A stretch of DNA of 64,000 bases from Octopus vulgaris (Eukaryota). This document shows positions 38,515 through 53,717 of this stretch, piece after piece; positions within the stretch are counted from its first letter, which is position 1; each line of letters opens with the position of its first letter. The position numbers and the translations under genes were made by a program. The notes below the pieces were generated by a model. That model made no database searches, had not been told where the DNA came from, and saw only the letters and a list, made by a program, of their open reading frames with translations. The stretch covers positions 20,026,001-20,090,000 of the forward strand of contig OX597830.1 in assembly GCA_951406725.2 (NCBI GenBank). Reading direction: 5' to 3'.

Positions 38515-38940
38515 ACTCCCGTCTCTTCCAACTAACCTGACACCCATTATACTCCCCCTCTTCTCCCTTCCCTCACGTATTCTAACACTTACAATAATCA
38601 CCCTTTCCTCTGTTTACCTGTGACTCACAATACTTCTGTCTCCTCAGTCATCAAAATTTTCTTATAGACTTTTTATTCTGGCCTCAAGCATCTGGCTACA
38701 CTTCTCATACTCCCGTCTCTCCCAACTAACCTGACACTCATTATACTCCCCCCTCTCTCTCTCTCACTTATCCTACACACTATATGTTCCCCCTTCCCTT
38801 GCGTATTCTAACACTCACAATAATCATCCTTCCCTCTGTTTACCTGTGACTCACAATACTTCTGTCTCCTCAGTCATGAAAATTTTCTTATAGACTTCTT
38901 ATTCTGGCCTCAAGCATCTGGCTACACTTCTCATACTCCT
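38515..38940. repeat. Local direct duplication (~200-240 bp, pyrimidine-rich)
   Basis: ACTCCCGTCTC...AACTAACCTGACAC and TGTTTACCTGTGACTCACAATACTTCTGTC...GGCTACACTTCTCATACTCC each occur twice. Confidence 0.85.
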
Positions 38941-39087
38941 GATACTCTTAGCTAACCTCCTCACTCTTGTTCTTTGTCCTTCATCGTTGTGCTTTAATTT
39001 ATTTTAGTCACCACAGAGCCAAAACAAAATACCTTGTTCTTCGCTTTGTTCTTAACACTTTGTTTTTAATTCGCTGTTATAATAGTG

Positions 39088-39128
<41 letters not shown>

Positions 39129-39401
39129 TGTTGTTGTTGTTTTATTGGTTTTGTTGTAGCTTCCGTCGTTTTTGTTATTGTTGTCGTTATTATTGTCCTT
39201 CTAATCCTACCTTCTACCGGTAACCTCTTTTTTATTTATTTATTTATTTATTTATTCTTTTATTTATTTTTTTATTTGTTTTGTCCAGTGTTTATTGCTC
39301 AAATTTCCGAACCAGTTTCTGATGACACAACAGTCTCTGTGTGACGCCAGAACCATTATCATAATCATCCCCGTCACCACCACCACCACCGCCACCAACC
39401 C

Positions 39402-39470
<69 letters not shown>

Positions 39471-40689
39471 TATCATCATCATCGTCATTATCATCACTGT
39501 ATCGCTGTTAACACAAGCACCAACGTTAAGCCACCATCACCACCTCTACCACTACCAGCACCACCAACGTCACTGCCACCACAACTACCAACACTACCAC
39601 CGTCACCACCACCTTGGTCATCATCATCATCATCATCATCATCACTATATTCACAAGCATCACCGTCAACACCATTGCTTCCATTGCCTACAAAAATACC
39701 ACCCCAAGCACCAACACCATCACCACCACCACCACCACCGTCATCATCATGATGATGATCATCATCATAATCACTATTATCAACTCTACCATCACCATCG
39801 CTACCACTACCATACACATCATCATAGCTACAACCACCAACACCAACACCAGCATAAATTAACACTAAACCACCAATACCACTACTACAAAAGCCACCAC
39901 CATGAATACTTCTAACGCCAGCGCCAATCCCACTATGACCACCACTAGCGCCACCAACACCATCTCTACCTTACCATCTATCACTAAAGCCATCACAAGC
40001 AATACAAACCACCAACAGAAGCAGCAGCAGCAGCAGCAGCAGCAGGGTCAGCACAACAACCGTCACCATGCTACAGCCATTACCGAAATCTCCTGCCCCT
40101 CCTCCTACTCTTATCCTCCTCCCTTCCCCTTCCCCCTCCCCTCCTCTCTTTCCCCTTTTCCTAATTCCTCATCCTTCTCCTCTTACGTTAATCAGCCGAC
40201 TACTAATTAGCAAAGGTTTTAAAATACACACAAACAAGCACACCCACCCACCACCACCACCACCACCACTAACCACAACAACAACAGCAACAGCAACAAC
40301 AACGAAATAAAAAGAAAATTATAACTAAACACGCACACACACACATACATACATTCAGAGACTCACGCGCGTAGAATCCGTTTGAGTGGATCCGTAAAAT
40401 AGGTGGTAGTGGGGGCGGGAGGGAAGGATCTATGGCAGGGAAATGATGCCCTAATTCGTAGGGGGTCAATCGACTTTAGACCATTGCCCTTAGTGAGTGT
40501 TGTTCCTCGAAAAGGCAAACTGACCCTTTTTAGTGTCAGCGCCGTTCACCTCAGCTCGCCAAAAACTGATGTCCTTTCTCGTTCGCCTCCGTTGATACTC
40601 CTTGCACCCCTTATACGCCATTTTGTTATACCTCTGATACACAAATCTAGGTATATCAAATACCATACAATACAGATCACCCTTTTTCT

Positions 40690-41125
40690 TTTATCTTTTA
40701 TCTTTTACTTGTTTCAGGCTTTAGACTGCGGCCATGCTGGTGCACCACTTTGAAGAATTTTTAGTCGAACGAATCGATTCTTATTTTGTCTCAAAGCCTG
40801 GTACTTATTCTATCGATCTCTTCTGAAGGACCGCTAAGTTACGGGGACGTAAACACACAAAGACCCTTTATCAAGAGGTGGTTGGAGGCAAACGCAATCA
40901 CAAACACACACACTCATGTATATGCATAAATATGTATAAGTATATGTATATACGACCGGATTCTTTCGTTTTCTGTCTACCATATCCACGTATCCTCTCA
41001 CAAGGCTTTGGTCGCCCCAAGGCTGTGGGTGAAGACATTTGCTTAAGGTGCCACGTAGTGGGATTGAACCCGGAGCCATGTGGTTGGGAAGCAAACTTCT
41101 TATCACTCAGTCACGCCTGTGCCTA
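40690..41125 (-). mobile_element. SINE family B
   Basis: GACTGCGGCCATGCTGG, CCGCTAAGTTACGGGGACGTAAAC and head blocks. Confidence 0.8.
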
Positions 41126-42112
41126 TAGCCACGCCTTCGCTTATAGCGATGCCCGCGCCGATAGCTACGCTTGCGCTTATAGCTACGCCCGCGTCTGTTC
41201 TTGAGCTATCTAAATTATCTACATCTCTAGAACATGTGTCTTTGTTACCAAATGCAATTAAGATTATTTCCACTTAAGAAGGGAAGATCAAGAATTCTCC
41301 AGACCATAAGTCTGTTCTTTAATGTCATGTCAGTTTTGGAGGATTTTTGACTCTTGAGATTATCTTCCGACGAGGTACAACGATGTCAAAACACCAGGGG
41401 TCGAGAGTCCTTTGCACTAATCAATTAAATGTGTTACGAACACGTATTCGTCGTAAAGGAGAAAGTGTTCTCTGTGAAGAAACATACAGCGATTAATATA
41501 TTCACGTTCGAATCTGCCGAAGGGTGAATGTACAAATCATCGTTTTTATTCTCGCTGTTCATCGAATGACGATTTATCATACTTGGGATAATTTCTCCTT
41601 TTCTTTGTCGTCTGTGAATTCTGATACTTCATCTTGTAGGCATTTCTCTTCCCGATTGTCATTGAAAACAATATCTGCTCAATTAACCTAAATCTTTCCC
41701 TGTGCATTGCCATTTTCCAGGATATGGTCGCTTTGCGAATCTTTGAGCTTTCTCCTAGGTTAATATTTTTCTATTATTTTTATCTTGATATTTCATAATG
41801 CATATTCAGTTAGAAAAACTCCAAATCTGATATGTTCAAGGATGTATTCTTTCTACGGGGTGAAATACTTTGTGGTATTGATTCCTACATATTGCGTTCT
41901 GCGATCAAATCCTGCTCGATCAACACTGCTTTTTATCCTTCTAGGATTAATAAATAAAATAGTCCCGGAAGCATAACCGACGTAATCCTTAATATTGGAT
42001 GGAAGAACTTGCAATATTCGTTCCTTTTTATTATTATGATTATCGTTTATTTCTTTGCATACTGAGTTCAAATCCTACCGTGACCATCAAAGTCAACCAG
42101 TTATCGCTGTGG

Positions 42113-42852
42113 ATGGTAGACTTAACTCTGTGTCTGATTTGATAATACTACTGCCACTTGACCCTTCGTTATTTCTGGCAGAGCCGTTAGGGCGTCAGAC
42201 GAAATACCTGGCTCTAGTTATTTTGGTTTCTAAGTTCAGACCACACCGAGGTCAACTTTGCTTTTCATCCGTCTGGGGTCCAATTCTGGACGATGGACTT
42301 TTTGGCAGAAATACCCGGCTCTAGTTATTTTCGTTTCTAAGTTCAGACCTCACCGAGGTCAACTTTGCTTTTCATCCGTCTGGGGTCCAATTCTGGACGA
42401 TGGACTTTTTGGCAGAAATACCCGGCTCTAGTTATTTTCGTTTCTAAGTTCAGACCTCACCTTTTCATCCGTCTGGGGCCCAATTCTGGACGATGGACTT
42501 AACTCTGTGTCTGATTTGATAATACTACTGCCACTTGAACCTTCGTTATTTTTGGCAGAGCCGTTAGGGCGTCAGACGAAATACCCGGCTCTAGTTATTT
42601 TCGTTTCTAAGTTCAGACCTCACCGAGGTCAACTTTGCTTTTCATCCGTCTGGGGTCCAATTCTGGACGATGGACTTAACTCTGTGTCTGATTTGATAAT
42701 ACTACTGCCACTTGACCCTTCGTTATTTTTGGCAGAGCCGTTAGGGCGTCAGACGAAATACCCGGCTCTAGTTATTTTCGTTTCTAAGTTCAGACCTCAC
42801 CGAGGTCAACTTTACTTTTCATCCGTCTGGGGTCCAATTCTTGATGGTGGAC
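42113..42852 (+). repeat. Tandem array built from a decayed SINE family A unit (up to ~180 bp, with shorter internal units)
   Basis: GGCTCTAGTTATTTT.GTTTCTAAGTTCAGACC.CAC occurs five times. Confidence 0.85.
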
Positions 42853-43995
42853 TGTCGAAGACGTATGAGGGTCTGAGGAGATGCTTTGTACTATTCGTTT
42901 CGTTTTTTTTTCGCGTTCTAAGTTCAAATAACGCCAAGGTTAGCTTTGCCCTTCATGCTCTCGGCGTCGATAAAACCAGTACCAGTTGAGCAGTGGGGTC
43001 GATGTAATCGGATATCCTCCTCTCCTAAAATTTTTTGTTGTGGTAGTAGTAGCAGTAGCAACAGCAGTGGCAGTTGTAGTAGTAGTTGTTGTTATTGTTG
43101 ATGTTGCTGTTGTGGATGTTCTTCTCTTTCTCTTCCCTCTTTTCCTTCTTTTCTTTTTTATCTTCTTTTTCTTCCCATTGTTTTAATTTTTTCTTTCCCT
43201 TCCCCGTTCCTCATCCACTTCACCCTCTTCTCCTCCATCCTCTTCCTCCTCCACTGCTGCCTCCCCTTCTTCTTCTTTCCCATCCCCCTCCTCCTCCCCG
43301 CCCCTTCACCCTCTCTTCTTCCTCCTTCCTCCTCCTCCCCTCCTCCACCCCTGCACCCTCTCTTTTCCCCTCCACCCCTCCTCCTAATTCTTCTTCCTCC
43401 TACCTCCTCTTCTCTCCTTCCCCTCCTCCTCCTCCCCACCTTCCCTTTACCCTCTCTTCTTCCTCCTCTTCCTACCTCTATCTCCTCTTCTCCCCCACTC
43501 ATCCTCCCATTCACCCTCTCATCTTCCTCCTCTTCTCTCCCCTCCTCCCCTCTTTCTCCACCTCTCCCTCCTCCACCTCCCCTTTACCCTCTTCTCTCTC
43601 CTCCTCTTCTCTCTCCTCCTCCCATCCTCATCCATCTCCGCTTCCCTCTCTCTTCTTCATCCTTTTTATCCTCCCCTCCCCATTCTCTTTCTCTTCATCC
43701 TCCACTTTTTCTTCGTCCTCCTATTCTTCCTCATCCTCATTTTCCTCACCCCTCTACTTCATCCTCCACTTCCTCCGTCTCCTTCTCTTCATCCACTTCC
43801 TCCTCCTTTTCTTTCTCTTCTTCATCCTCCTCTTCATCATCATCATCGTCGTCATCATCATCATTATCATCAACGAAAACGCTAAAAGGAGAGAACGAGA
43901 GGTAGTTGCTTACGTAGTCAGTGGATCTGCTAGAAAGAACAGCGAAGTCGCCTTTTAATCACATCCTACAGCCTTAATAAAGAAGACCACGCTGA

Positions 43996-44026
<31 letters not shown>

Positions 44027-45786
44027 TGTATGTATGTATGTATGTATGTATGTATGTATGGATGGATGGATGGATGGATGGATGGATGGATGGATGGATG
44101 GATGGATGGTTGTGTGGCTGGCTGAATAGATGGATATCTCAATGGCTAGTCGGCTGTCTGTCTGCTGACTGGCTGGTTGGACGGCTGGCAGGCTGGCGAG
44201 TTGGATGGCTTGTTGTTAGATAAGTGGGAGGATGGACGGATAACCGGATGGATGTAATGGTTGGATGGTCGGTCGGCGGGTAGATTGACTTGGATATGCT
44301 TTGGTGGATGTTTAATCGTTGTTTGGTATTAGTCCTAATAGTGTTTGCGGCGGTGATGAGGATGGCAGTGATGAGGATGGCGGTGATGAGGATGGCGGTG
44401 ATGAGGATGGCGGTGGTGGTGGTGATAGTAATGATGGTGATGTTAATGGTGGTGATGGTAGTAGTAGTACCAATGGCGGCAGTAATAGTAGTGGTGGTGG
44501 TGGTAGTGGTAGTGGTGGGGGTGATGGGGCAACGGGGGGAGTGATGTTGTTAGTCGTGGTGATGATGGTGATAACCTTTGTTTCGTCGTTGTTTTTTTAG
44601 CTTATTTTTTATAGCCCCAGGTCAGACCTAATCGTGCAAGTCAATGCTCAAAGCCATTCCATCCATGATCATCCCATAATTTTTAGGCATTGTTTATTTG
44701 AGACTACATTATCGAATATATCCTTCATATAGTTTTATGACGACAGGGTGTAATCTGAGTGAAATTTGGCTGCTATTTCTAGCAGATCGTATAAATCATA
44801 ATAGTTAATTATTACATTAAAGCTAATTTAGTTGGTCCTTGTAGTCATCAGTGGATGTGGTTATTGTTGTTGTTGTTTAACCCAGGGTCAGTTATGATCA
44901 AAGGCATACCAGTCTTGACCATCCCGTAGCTGGAATGTCTTTGATCATAGGTGTACCCAGTTAGGATTGACCTGGGTTAAACACTGACAACACATTAATA
45001 TAATAGCAATAACAAAAACAACAACAACAACAACAATGATGATGACGACGATGATGATGATGGTGATGATGATGATGATGATGATGATGATTAGGATCAT
45101 CATCATGATCATGGCGGTGATGTTGATTAGGTTGACGGCGAATACAACGACGACGATCATGATGATAATAATGGTGATAATGATGACGATGATGATAATG
45201 ATGATGATGACGATAATGATGATGATGACGATGACGATGATAATGTTGATGATGAAGTTGATGGTCATAATGTTTTCCTTTAGTTTATTGGTTTAAAAAA
45301 AAATAATAATAACAAAGGGAGATAATTCAAAAGATAAGGTGGGTGTTTCACCGAACGCCCAAACACCCAACGCCATCTCTATTTGAACATCACGCACCAA
45401 CACCAACGCCACCACCAACACCATCACTATAACCTTCACAGGGAAGAGCACCACAAAACACTACTGCCATCACCACCATCACCACTACTACCACTACTAC
45501 TAACTTCAAGAAAAACAACAGCGGTCAACATAAACCACCGGAGGAGTCCTTGTGTGGTTGTTAGACTTGCTAGAAATGGCAGACAGCCATACTTCAAATT
45601 ACGCCCTATCGTATTAAAAAAGGACGCTTGATACTATGGTCCTACAATGGCTTTGATTACGGTTTGCAGTGTCAGGGCTTACTTAGGGCTGAACAACCGC
45701 AACAACGATGACGATGGCAACAAAACAACAACAACTACTGGCTATAATGGCCGACCAAATTAGCGATCGTTAGCCTCAATTCATAT

Positions 45787-46198
45787 ACTCTTTACTCTTT
45801 TACTTGTTTCAGTCATGTGACTGCGGCCATCTGGAGCACCGCCTGTAGTCGAGCAAATCCACCCCAGGACTGATTCTTTGTAAGCCTAGTACTTATTCTG
45901 TCGGTCTCTTTTGCCGAACCGCTAAGTTACAGGGACGTAAACACATCGGCTTCGGTTGTCAAGCGATGTTGGGGGGGGGGGGGACAAACACAGACACACA
46001 AACATATACACACATACATATATATACATATATACGACGGGCTTCTTTCAGTTTCCGTCTACCAAGTCCAGTCACAAGGCTTTGACCGGCCCGAGGCTAT
46101 AGTAGAAGACACTTGCCCAAGGTGGCACGCAGTGGAACAGAACCCGGAACCATGTGGCTGGTAAGCAAGCTACTTACCACACAGCCACTCCTGCGCCT
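45787..46198 (-). mobile_element. SINE family B, full length
   Basis: Co-linear with 21287-21680. Confidence 0.85.
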
Positions 46199-48563
46199 AT
46201 GCTATCGTTCTTGGAAGAAGGGAAAGACACGTTGCATATAATGTAGTCCAGGATACACTGTTGCCTTAAAAAAGAAACTGTTGTGATGCTCACGCCTGGA
46301 ACGTCTTTAGATAGTGGCTTGCAAGATCGGGTTAGACCTGGGGCTAAAAACAAAAGGGAAAAGAAACGAGAAAACATTCTCCTCGTTGCTAACAATGTCA
46401 ACTTCACAAGTACCACCACCAAACCACCACCATCCTCATCGCCATCATCATTTTCCGCACCACCACAACCATCACCATCACACGTAGCCATTTTCCCGAC
46501 AATTTCCAGAACCACTACCATCATTACCACCACTGCCAACACCATAACTACAACCTTTACCACCATCACCATCACCACCACCGTCATCACCACTACCACC
46601 ACCACCACCACCACCACCACCACCACCACCATTAACAGCAACAACAACACCACTAACACTATAACTACTAACAGCATTAACATCATCATCTCCACCATCA
46701 TCATCATCATCACGTACATCATCACCACCACCACCTCCACCACCATCAAACATACATAACCATCATCCCTATCACTGCCACCACTACCACCACCAACATC
46801 ACCAACACCAACAACAACACCATATCTACTACCTTCCTCACCATCAACACCACCCGTATAAGTCAGCACAGCTACCATCTTCACCACCACCACCACCACC
46901 ACGATCACCATACGAAAACAACCATCACCATCATCGCCATCACCACCATTCTAACCGCCATCACTATTAACAACAACAGCAACAACAACAACTACAACAA
47001 CAGCACAACCAATACCAAGCAACCGTTAACCATTTCACTAAAGCATATCGAAGTAAATCCACCCACCGACCAACAAAAACCGACAGACCGGCCATCGTTA
47101 TAAAACGTCCATCCAGCTGACCATCCATCCATCCAGCCATCCATCCACCCAACCATCCATCCAGCCATCCAGCCATCCATCCACCCATCCATCCATCTAT
47201 AAACCCGCCCTTTTACCCTCACTAAACAATACTAAATTGCTGTAACGTTGCTCCGTTAAAACATCATGTAAACCTCCTCCCCTTCCTCTCTCTCTCTCTC
47301 CCTTACTCTCTCTCCGTCTCTCTCCCGTTCCTCTCTCTCTCCCTCTCCCTCTCCCTTCCCCCTCCTTTAATAAAAACAAAACGAAAGTAATAACACGAAG
47401 AAGAACAACAAGAAGAACATGAAGAACAAGAACGGTGGGATGTCAAACAACGTGGTTAATTCCTCTTTGATCCAACATGACCGCAAAATACATACACACT
47501 CACACACACACACACACACACACACAAATACGCACACGCATACCACCCAAACATACATGACCACAAATACACGCACACATACATACATACATACGTACAT
47601 ACATACACACATACATACATGCACATACGCTCACACACACACACACACACAGACACGCATCATAAACATACATGACCACAAAGCACATACAGATGCACAC
47701 ATGCGTGAAAAGGAAACACGCGTACGTACACGCATACACATGCTTGTGTGTGTGTGCGTGTGTGTGTGTGCGCGCGCGCGTGTGTGTGTGTAGACGTGCA
47801 TACACATACATGCATACAAGCATAAATGACCACAAAACACACACACACGTACATAAATACATACACATACATACACACATGATCAGAAAACGCATACAGA
47901 CGCGACACATGTATGAAACCAAAGACACGCATACGCACATACACACACATACACACACAAGCATACAGACATACATACATGCATATAATCGCAAAACACA
48001 TACACTTGCATACACATACAAACACTCATACAACTCAAATGTACACGACCACAAAATATACATACACACATACACATACGAAGACATACGTAAATACACA
48101 TATATACACACATGACCACAAAACACATACACACGCACACATGCATGAACACAAATTACACTCACACACACACACACTCACACACACACATTCACACAGG
48201 CACAAACAATCTGTCGTATGCTCACAATTAAGCCCTCTCACGTACACACTCATACATATACAGGTACTGACTACTTTCAGACAAACTCACACACACACAC
48301 ATACACTCATACACACATGCACACACACACACGCGTGTACACATAATTACACACAGAAATACACACACTGTGCACTCACGCACACATCTGGACACTCACA
48401 TACGCTCACAGGCACACTGACACACATACACATACATATATCTTCATATGTCCAGTCACTCACACACACGCACGCACACACATATACATAATCGCGGGAA
48501 AAACCCTGACATACACACTTCAACGCATACACGTATCATCTTACGTGCATACACCCTCACATA

Positions 48564-48620
<57 letters not shown>

Positions 48621-50978
48621 ACATATATACACATGCGCAGAAATTAGGACGAAATGATAATAAATGACCATAAGGAGTGCGTGATTAATGTAACTGATAG
48701 AGAGAAGGAGAGAGGGAGAGAGATAACGAGAGAGAGGGGGGGTGAGGGGGAGAGATAAAGAGAGAGAGAGAGAGGAAGGAAGAGAGATAAAGAGAGAAAA
48801 GAAAGAGAGATAAAGAGAGAAAAGAGAGATAAAGAGAGAAAAGAAAGAGAGAGAAAGAGAAAAGGAGAGAGAGACAGGTAAAGGGGGAAAAGGAAGGAGA
48901 GATTTATAGGAAAAGAGAGAGAAAGAGAGATAAAGAAAAAGAGGGAAGGAGAGGGATAAAGAAAGGAAAAGAGGGAGGGAGAGCTACATAGAGAGAGGAA
49001 GGAAGAGAGATAAAGAGAGAAAAGAAACAGAGAGAGAGAGAGAGAAAAAGGGAGAGAGACAGGTAAGAGGAGCAAAGAAGAGAGAGAGAGAGAGAGAGAG
49101 AGAGGAACAGAAGAGAAAGGGATAAGGAGAAAGAGGGAAGGAGAGGGATAAAGAAAGGAAAAGAGAGAGGGAGAGATACAGAGAGGGAAAGCGAGAGGAG
49201 AGGTGGGAGATTACGGGAGAAAAGGGACGGAGAGAGATGAGGGGAAAAAGAAGATATAAAGAGAAAGAGAGGGAGAAGAAAGGGAGGGGAGTAAAGAGTG
49301 AGAGGAGAATGGTAAAGAGAGAGATAAGAAGAGAATGTGAGAGAAGATAAATAGAGAAAAAGGGAGAGATAAACAGACAGAAAAGAGAGGAAATGGGAGA
49401 GAGAGAGAGGGCATAAAACAGATGAAGAGAAAATGAGGGAGCGATTTTGAAAGAGAGGGGAGAAAGATAATGAGAGAAGAGAATTAGAGAGAGAGAGAGA
49501 CAGAGAGATACAGAGAGAGGGAGAGAGAAGGAGAGAGAGACAGAGAGACAGAGAGACAGAGAGATACAGAGAGTGGGATAGAGAAAGAGAGAAGCGAATG
49601 AGAGAGAGACAGAGAGATACAGAGAGACGGAGAGAGAAGGAGAGAAAGACTTTTTTATTCTAGTAAAGGACTTTATTTCTTTGATGAGAAATATGAAAGA
49701 TTGTGATAGAAGGATGGAAACGGTGTGTGTGTATATGTGTATATATGCGTGTGTGTGTGTATGTGTACATGTGTGTTTTTGTGTCTGTGTTGTGTGTATG
49801 TTTTGTGTATGTCTGTGTTTATGTGAGTGTGTATTGTGTGTACGTGTGTTTTTGTGTGTATTGTAAATTTGTGTTGTGTGTGTGTGCGTGTGTACGTGTA
49901 CGTGTGTGTGAGTGTGTGTGTATGTGTGTGTGTGTGTGTAGATTATAGAGAGACGGAGGGGTGATTGAGGGAGTTATGGAGAGACTGAAAGATTCATTTC
50001 TAGACCCAGAGAAATGGTGAAACATGAGGAATTCGGGACGGTGTATGTATGTGTATATGAAGGTGATTATATGTATGTGAAGGTGTTTGTATGCGTGTAT
50101 ATGTGAGTATGTCTGTGTGGGCGTGTGATAGAGAGCGATAGGATGGATGAAGGGAGACGCAGAAAAGTGAGGAAAAGACACATTGGATGTGAAAATAAGA
50201 CATAAATAGAGATAGTGAAAGAAGGGTACAAAGAAAGAAAGAGAGAGGAGGAGAGGGAGGGAGGGAGGGAAAGAAAAAGACAGATAGACAGAGACAGAGA
50301 GAGGGGGAGAGAGATGAGAGAGGGAGGGAGAGCGAGAAATTACAGAAAGAGATAGGGAGACACAGAGAGACGGTGAAAGAGATAAAAGAGATGGGGAGAG
50401 AGATTAACAGATATACGCATACAGAGAGAGAAAGAAAGAGAGAGAGAGGGGCGGAAAGAGACAGAGAGAAGGAGAGAGAGAGAGAAGAGAAAGAGAAAGG
50501 GAGTGAGAGAGAAATTGCAGGAGAGAGAGACGCAGGCAAAGGTGTGAGAGCTAAAAGAGTGAATGTGAGGAAGAGAGACAGAGAGGGTGTGAGACAGAGG
50601 CAAACAGAGAAATAATGAAATAGAGAGAGTTAGTGAAGGAGGGGTTGCGGAAAGAGGTATAAAGGTGCGTATAAAGGTGTATACAAAACACATACACACA
50701 CGCGCGCGCACATACACACACACACACTCTCTCTCTCTCACAAGACAATGATAAAAAGGAAATCCAGACAATTTTTTGAAAAGTGACATTTTGCCCCGAT
50801 TGGAGTGGCCAGCTGGATTTGCCATTGCTAAAAGCCAAGAATCGCTTGTCATTGACAGACTGACCAGCTGCAAAGATATCAATAATGTTTTTCTTCTTTC
50901 TCTCCTTCTTCCTTTCCTTCCTTTTCTTTAACACCATTTTCAGATACAAACACACACACACATGCACACACACACAGA

Positions 50979-51490
<512 letters not shown>

Positions 51491-51535
51491 GTATGTATGT
51501 GTGTGCATGTGTATGTGTGTATGTATGTATGTATG

Positions 51536-51580
<45 letters not shown>

Positions 51581-51789
51581 GTATGTATATATATATATAT
51601 ATATGTGTATGTATATATATATACAAATAAGAAAATGTAGAAATACACCTTAATCAATAATCAACTACCAGATAATACCCAATCACATAATTTATTAAAC
51701 CACTACATATGAACATTCAGATTTACAGGCCAAGATTAATATCAAAATTTCTAATATATCTTTATATATGCATGCACACACATATATAC

Positions 51790-51829
<40 letters not shown>

Positions 51830-51834
51830 ATAAA

Positions 51835-52160
51835 AGCGCGTGGCTCAGTAGTTAAAGCGTCGGGCTCACAATCATGCGTCAGTGAGTTCAAATACCGCAT
51901 CGGACTGTGTGTTGTGATATCTTATTTCCCGTTTTCACGTTGTTCCAGTTCACTCAGCCGTAGAAATGAGTTGCGATGTCACTGGTGCCAAGCTGTATCG
52001 GCCTTTGCCTTAGTTAACATCAGTGGAAAGAAGAAGGGAGGCTTGGTATGGGTGACTGCTCATCTTCCATAAACAACCATGCGCGGACTTGGGCCTCGGA
52101 GAGGAACATTCTAGGTGCAGTCCCATGATCATTTATGACCGAAGGGGGCCCTTCATCTTT
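51835..52160 (+). mobile_element. SINE family D
   Basis: Head GCGCGTGGCTCAGTAGTTAAAGCGTCGGGC...GAGTTCAAATACC and CORE-like block. Confidence 0.75.
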
Positions 52161-52179
52161 ATATATATGCGAAGAATAT

Positions 52180-52396
52180 ATGCGAGGGAGTGCTGCTAAG
52201 TTCCTGATTTTGGATAAAAGAAAATACAAGAAGATCAGCTAATTATGATTTTGTTCAGTATTCCCTTCTCAGATTCACACATAGCAACGATTTCTTCGGT
52301 TTTTCTAAGCCATGTAAAAGAACTTGGAAAGTTGGGCTCCAACCAGTCTTTTCGCGACACCCTTAAAGCCAGGAACTTTTCAGCACCTTCTTGTAT
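52180..52396. mobile_element. Mariner-type MITE
   Basis: Imperfect TIRs TGCGAGGGAGTGCTGCTAAGTTCCTG / CAGGAACTTTTCAGCACCTTCTTGTA. Confidence 0.55.
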
Positions 52397-52422
52397 ACAG
52401 ACATATATACTAATACATGTAA

Positions 52423-52758
52423 AGGCGCAATGACACAGTGGTTAGGGCAGAGGACTCGCGGTCATAGGATCGATGTTTCGATTCCCAGACCGGGCGTTGT
52501 GAGTGTTTATTGACCGGCAGGGAGTGGTGGCGAACCCTACTGTACTCTTTCACCACAACTTTCTCTCACTCTTTCTTCCTGTTTCTGTTGTACCTGTATT
52601 TCAAAGTGCCAACCTTGTCACTCTCTGTGTCACGCAGAATCTCCCCGAGAACTACGCTATGGGTACACGTGTCTGTGGAGTGCTCAGCCACTTGCACGTT
52701 AATTTCACGAGCAGGCTGTTCCGTTGATCGGTTCAACTGGAACCCCCGACGGAGTGCC
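52423..52758 (+). mobile_element. SINE family C
   Basis: Co-linear with 35101-35475. Confidence 0.8.
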
Positions 52759-52876
52759 ATAGTAATAACTAATACACACACACACACACACACACACACA
52801 ACACACACACACACGCACACAGATATATGCATGTATGTATGTATGTAATTATGTATGTAATTATATATGTGTATAT

Positions 52877-52933
<57 letters not shown>

Positions 52934-53364
52934 GTTGCACTGATTTACCTTGGTCGTCAAGAATGACGTTGAAACATGCTTATCTTAAGTATATGTATTG
53001 AAAGTAATTATAAATTAAAATGAAAATGTATGTGGTTTGTTAATGATCAATGCAGACGACAGAATAACAGGAAATTGACGTCTCTTAAAGTAAAATGGAG
53101 ATTGATATCAATGGCTGTTGAATTTAATCTTGGATTGTGCATCCCTTCCAGTTTCTTGTGGCTAACCACCATTTAAGTTTGGCTATTAAACATAAATACA
53201 TATATACCTACATGTTTACATACACACATACATACATGTATGCATACATACATGTAAGCATACATACATTCGTGCATGCATGCATACATACATACAAACA
53301 TTCATACATACAGGTATACATACGTACCTTCATGTACACATGTATACATTTATATATTTGCACG

Positions 53365-53402
<38 letters not shown>

Positions 53403-53717
53403 CATATACCTATATACATGTGTGTATTCTATCTATCTATTTATTTGTCTGTAATACTCATAGACCTATGTGAGTTACGAGTATTACTGTCAGTGGAGAT
53501 ATATTATAGTAGAAGAATTAGTAGTTTTGACTGCTATTTCTAAATTTCGGTATGTTTATAATTATAAAAAAAAACATTTTGTATAAGTTTTTACCTATAA
53601 TGGGGTTTTTTTCTATACCGAACTACTTGGTAAAATTATTAATTATTAAATTAATAATTCTTTACCCTATATCTATAATAATATTTATTTGTCTGCATAT
53701 ATATATATACATATATA

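Noticed and set aside
43086-43958. 290-aa Pro/Ser/Leu/Phe ORF
   Set aside because: A polypyrimidine tract cannot encode stop codons.
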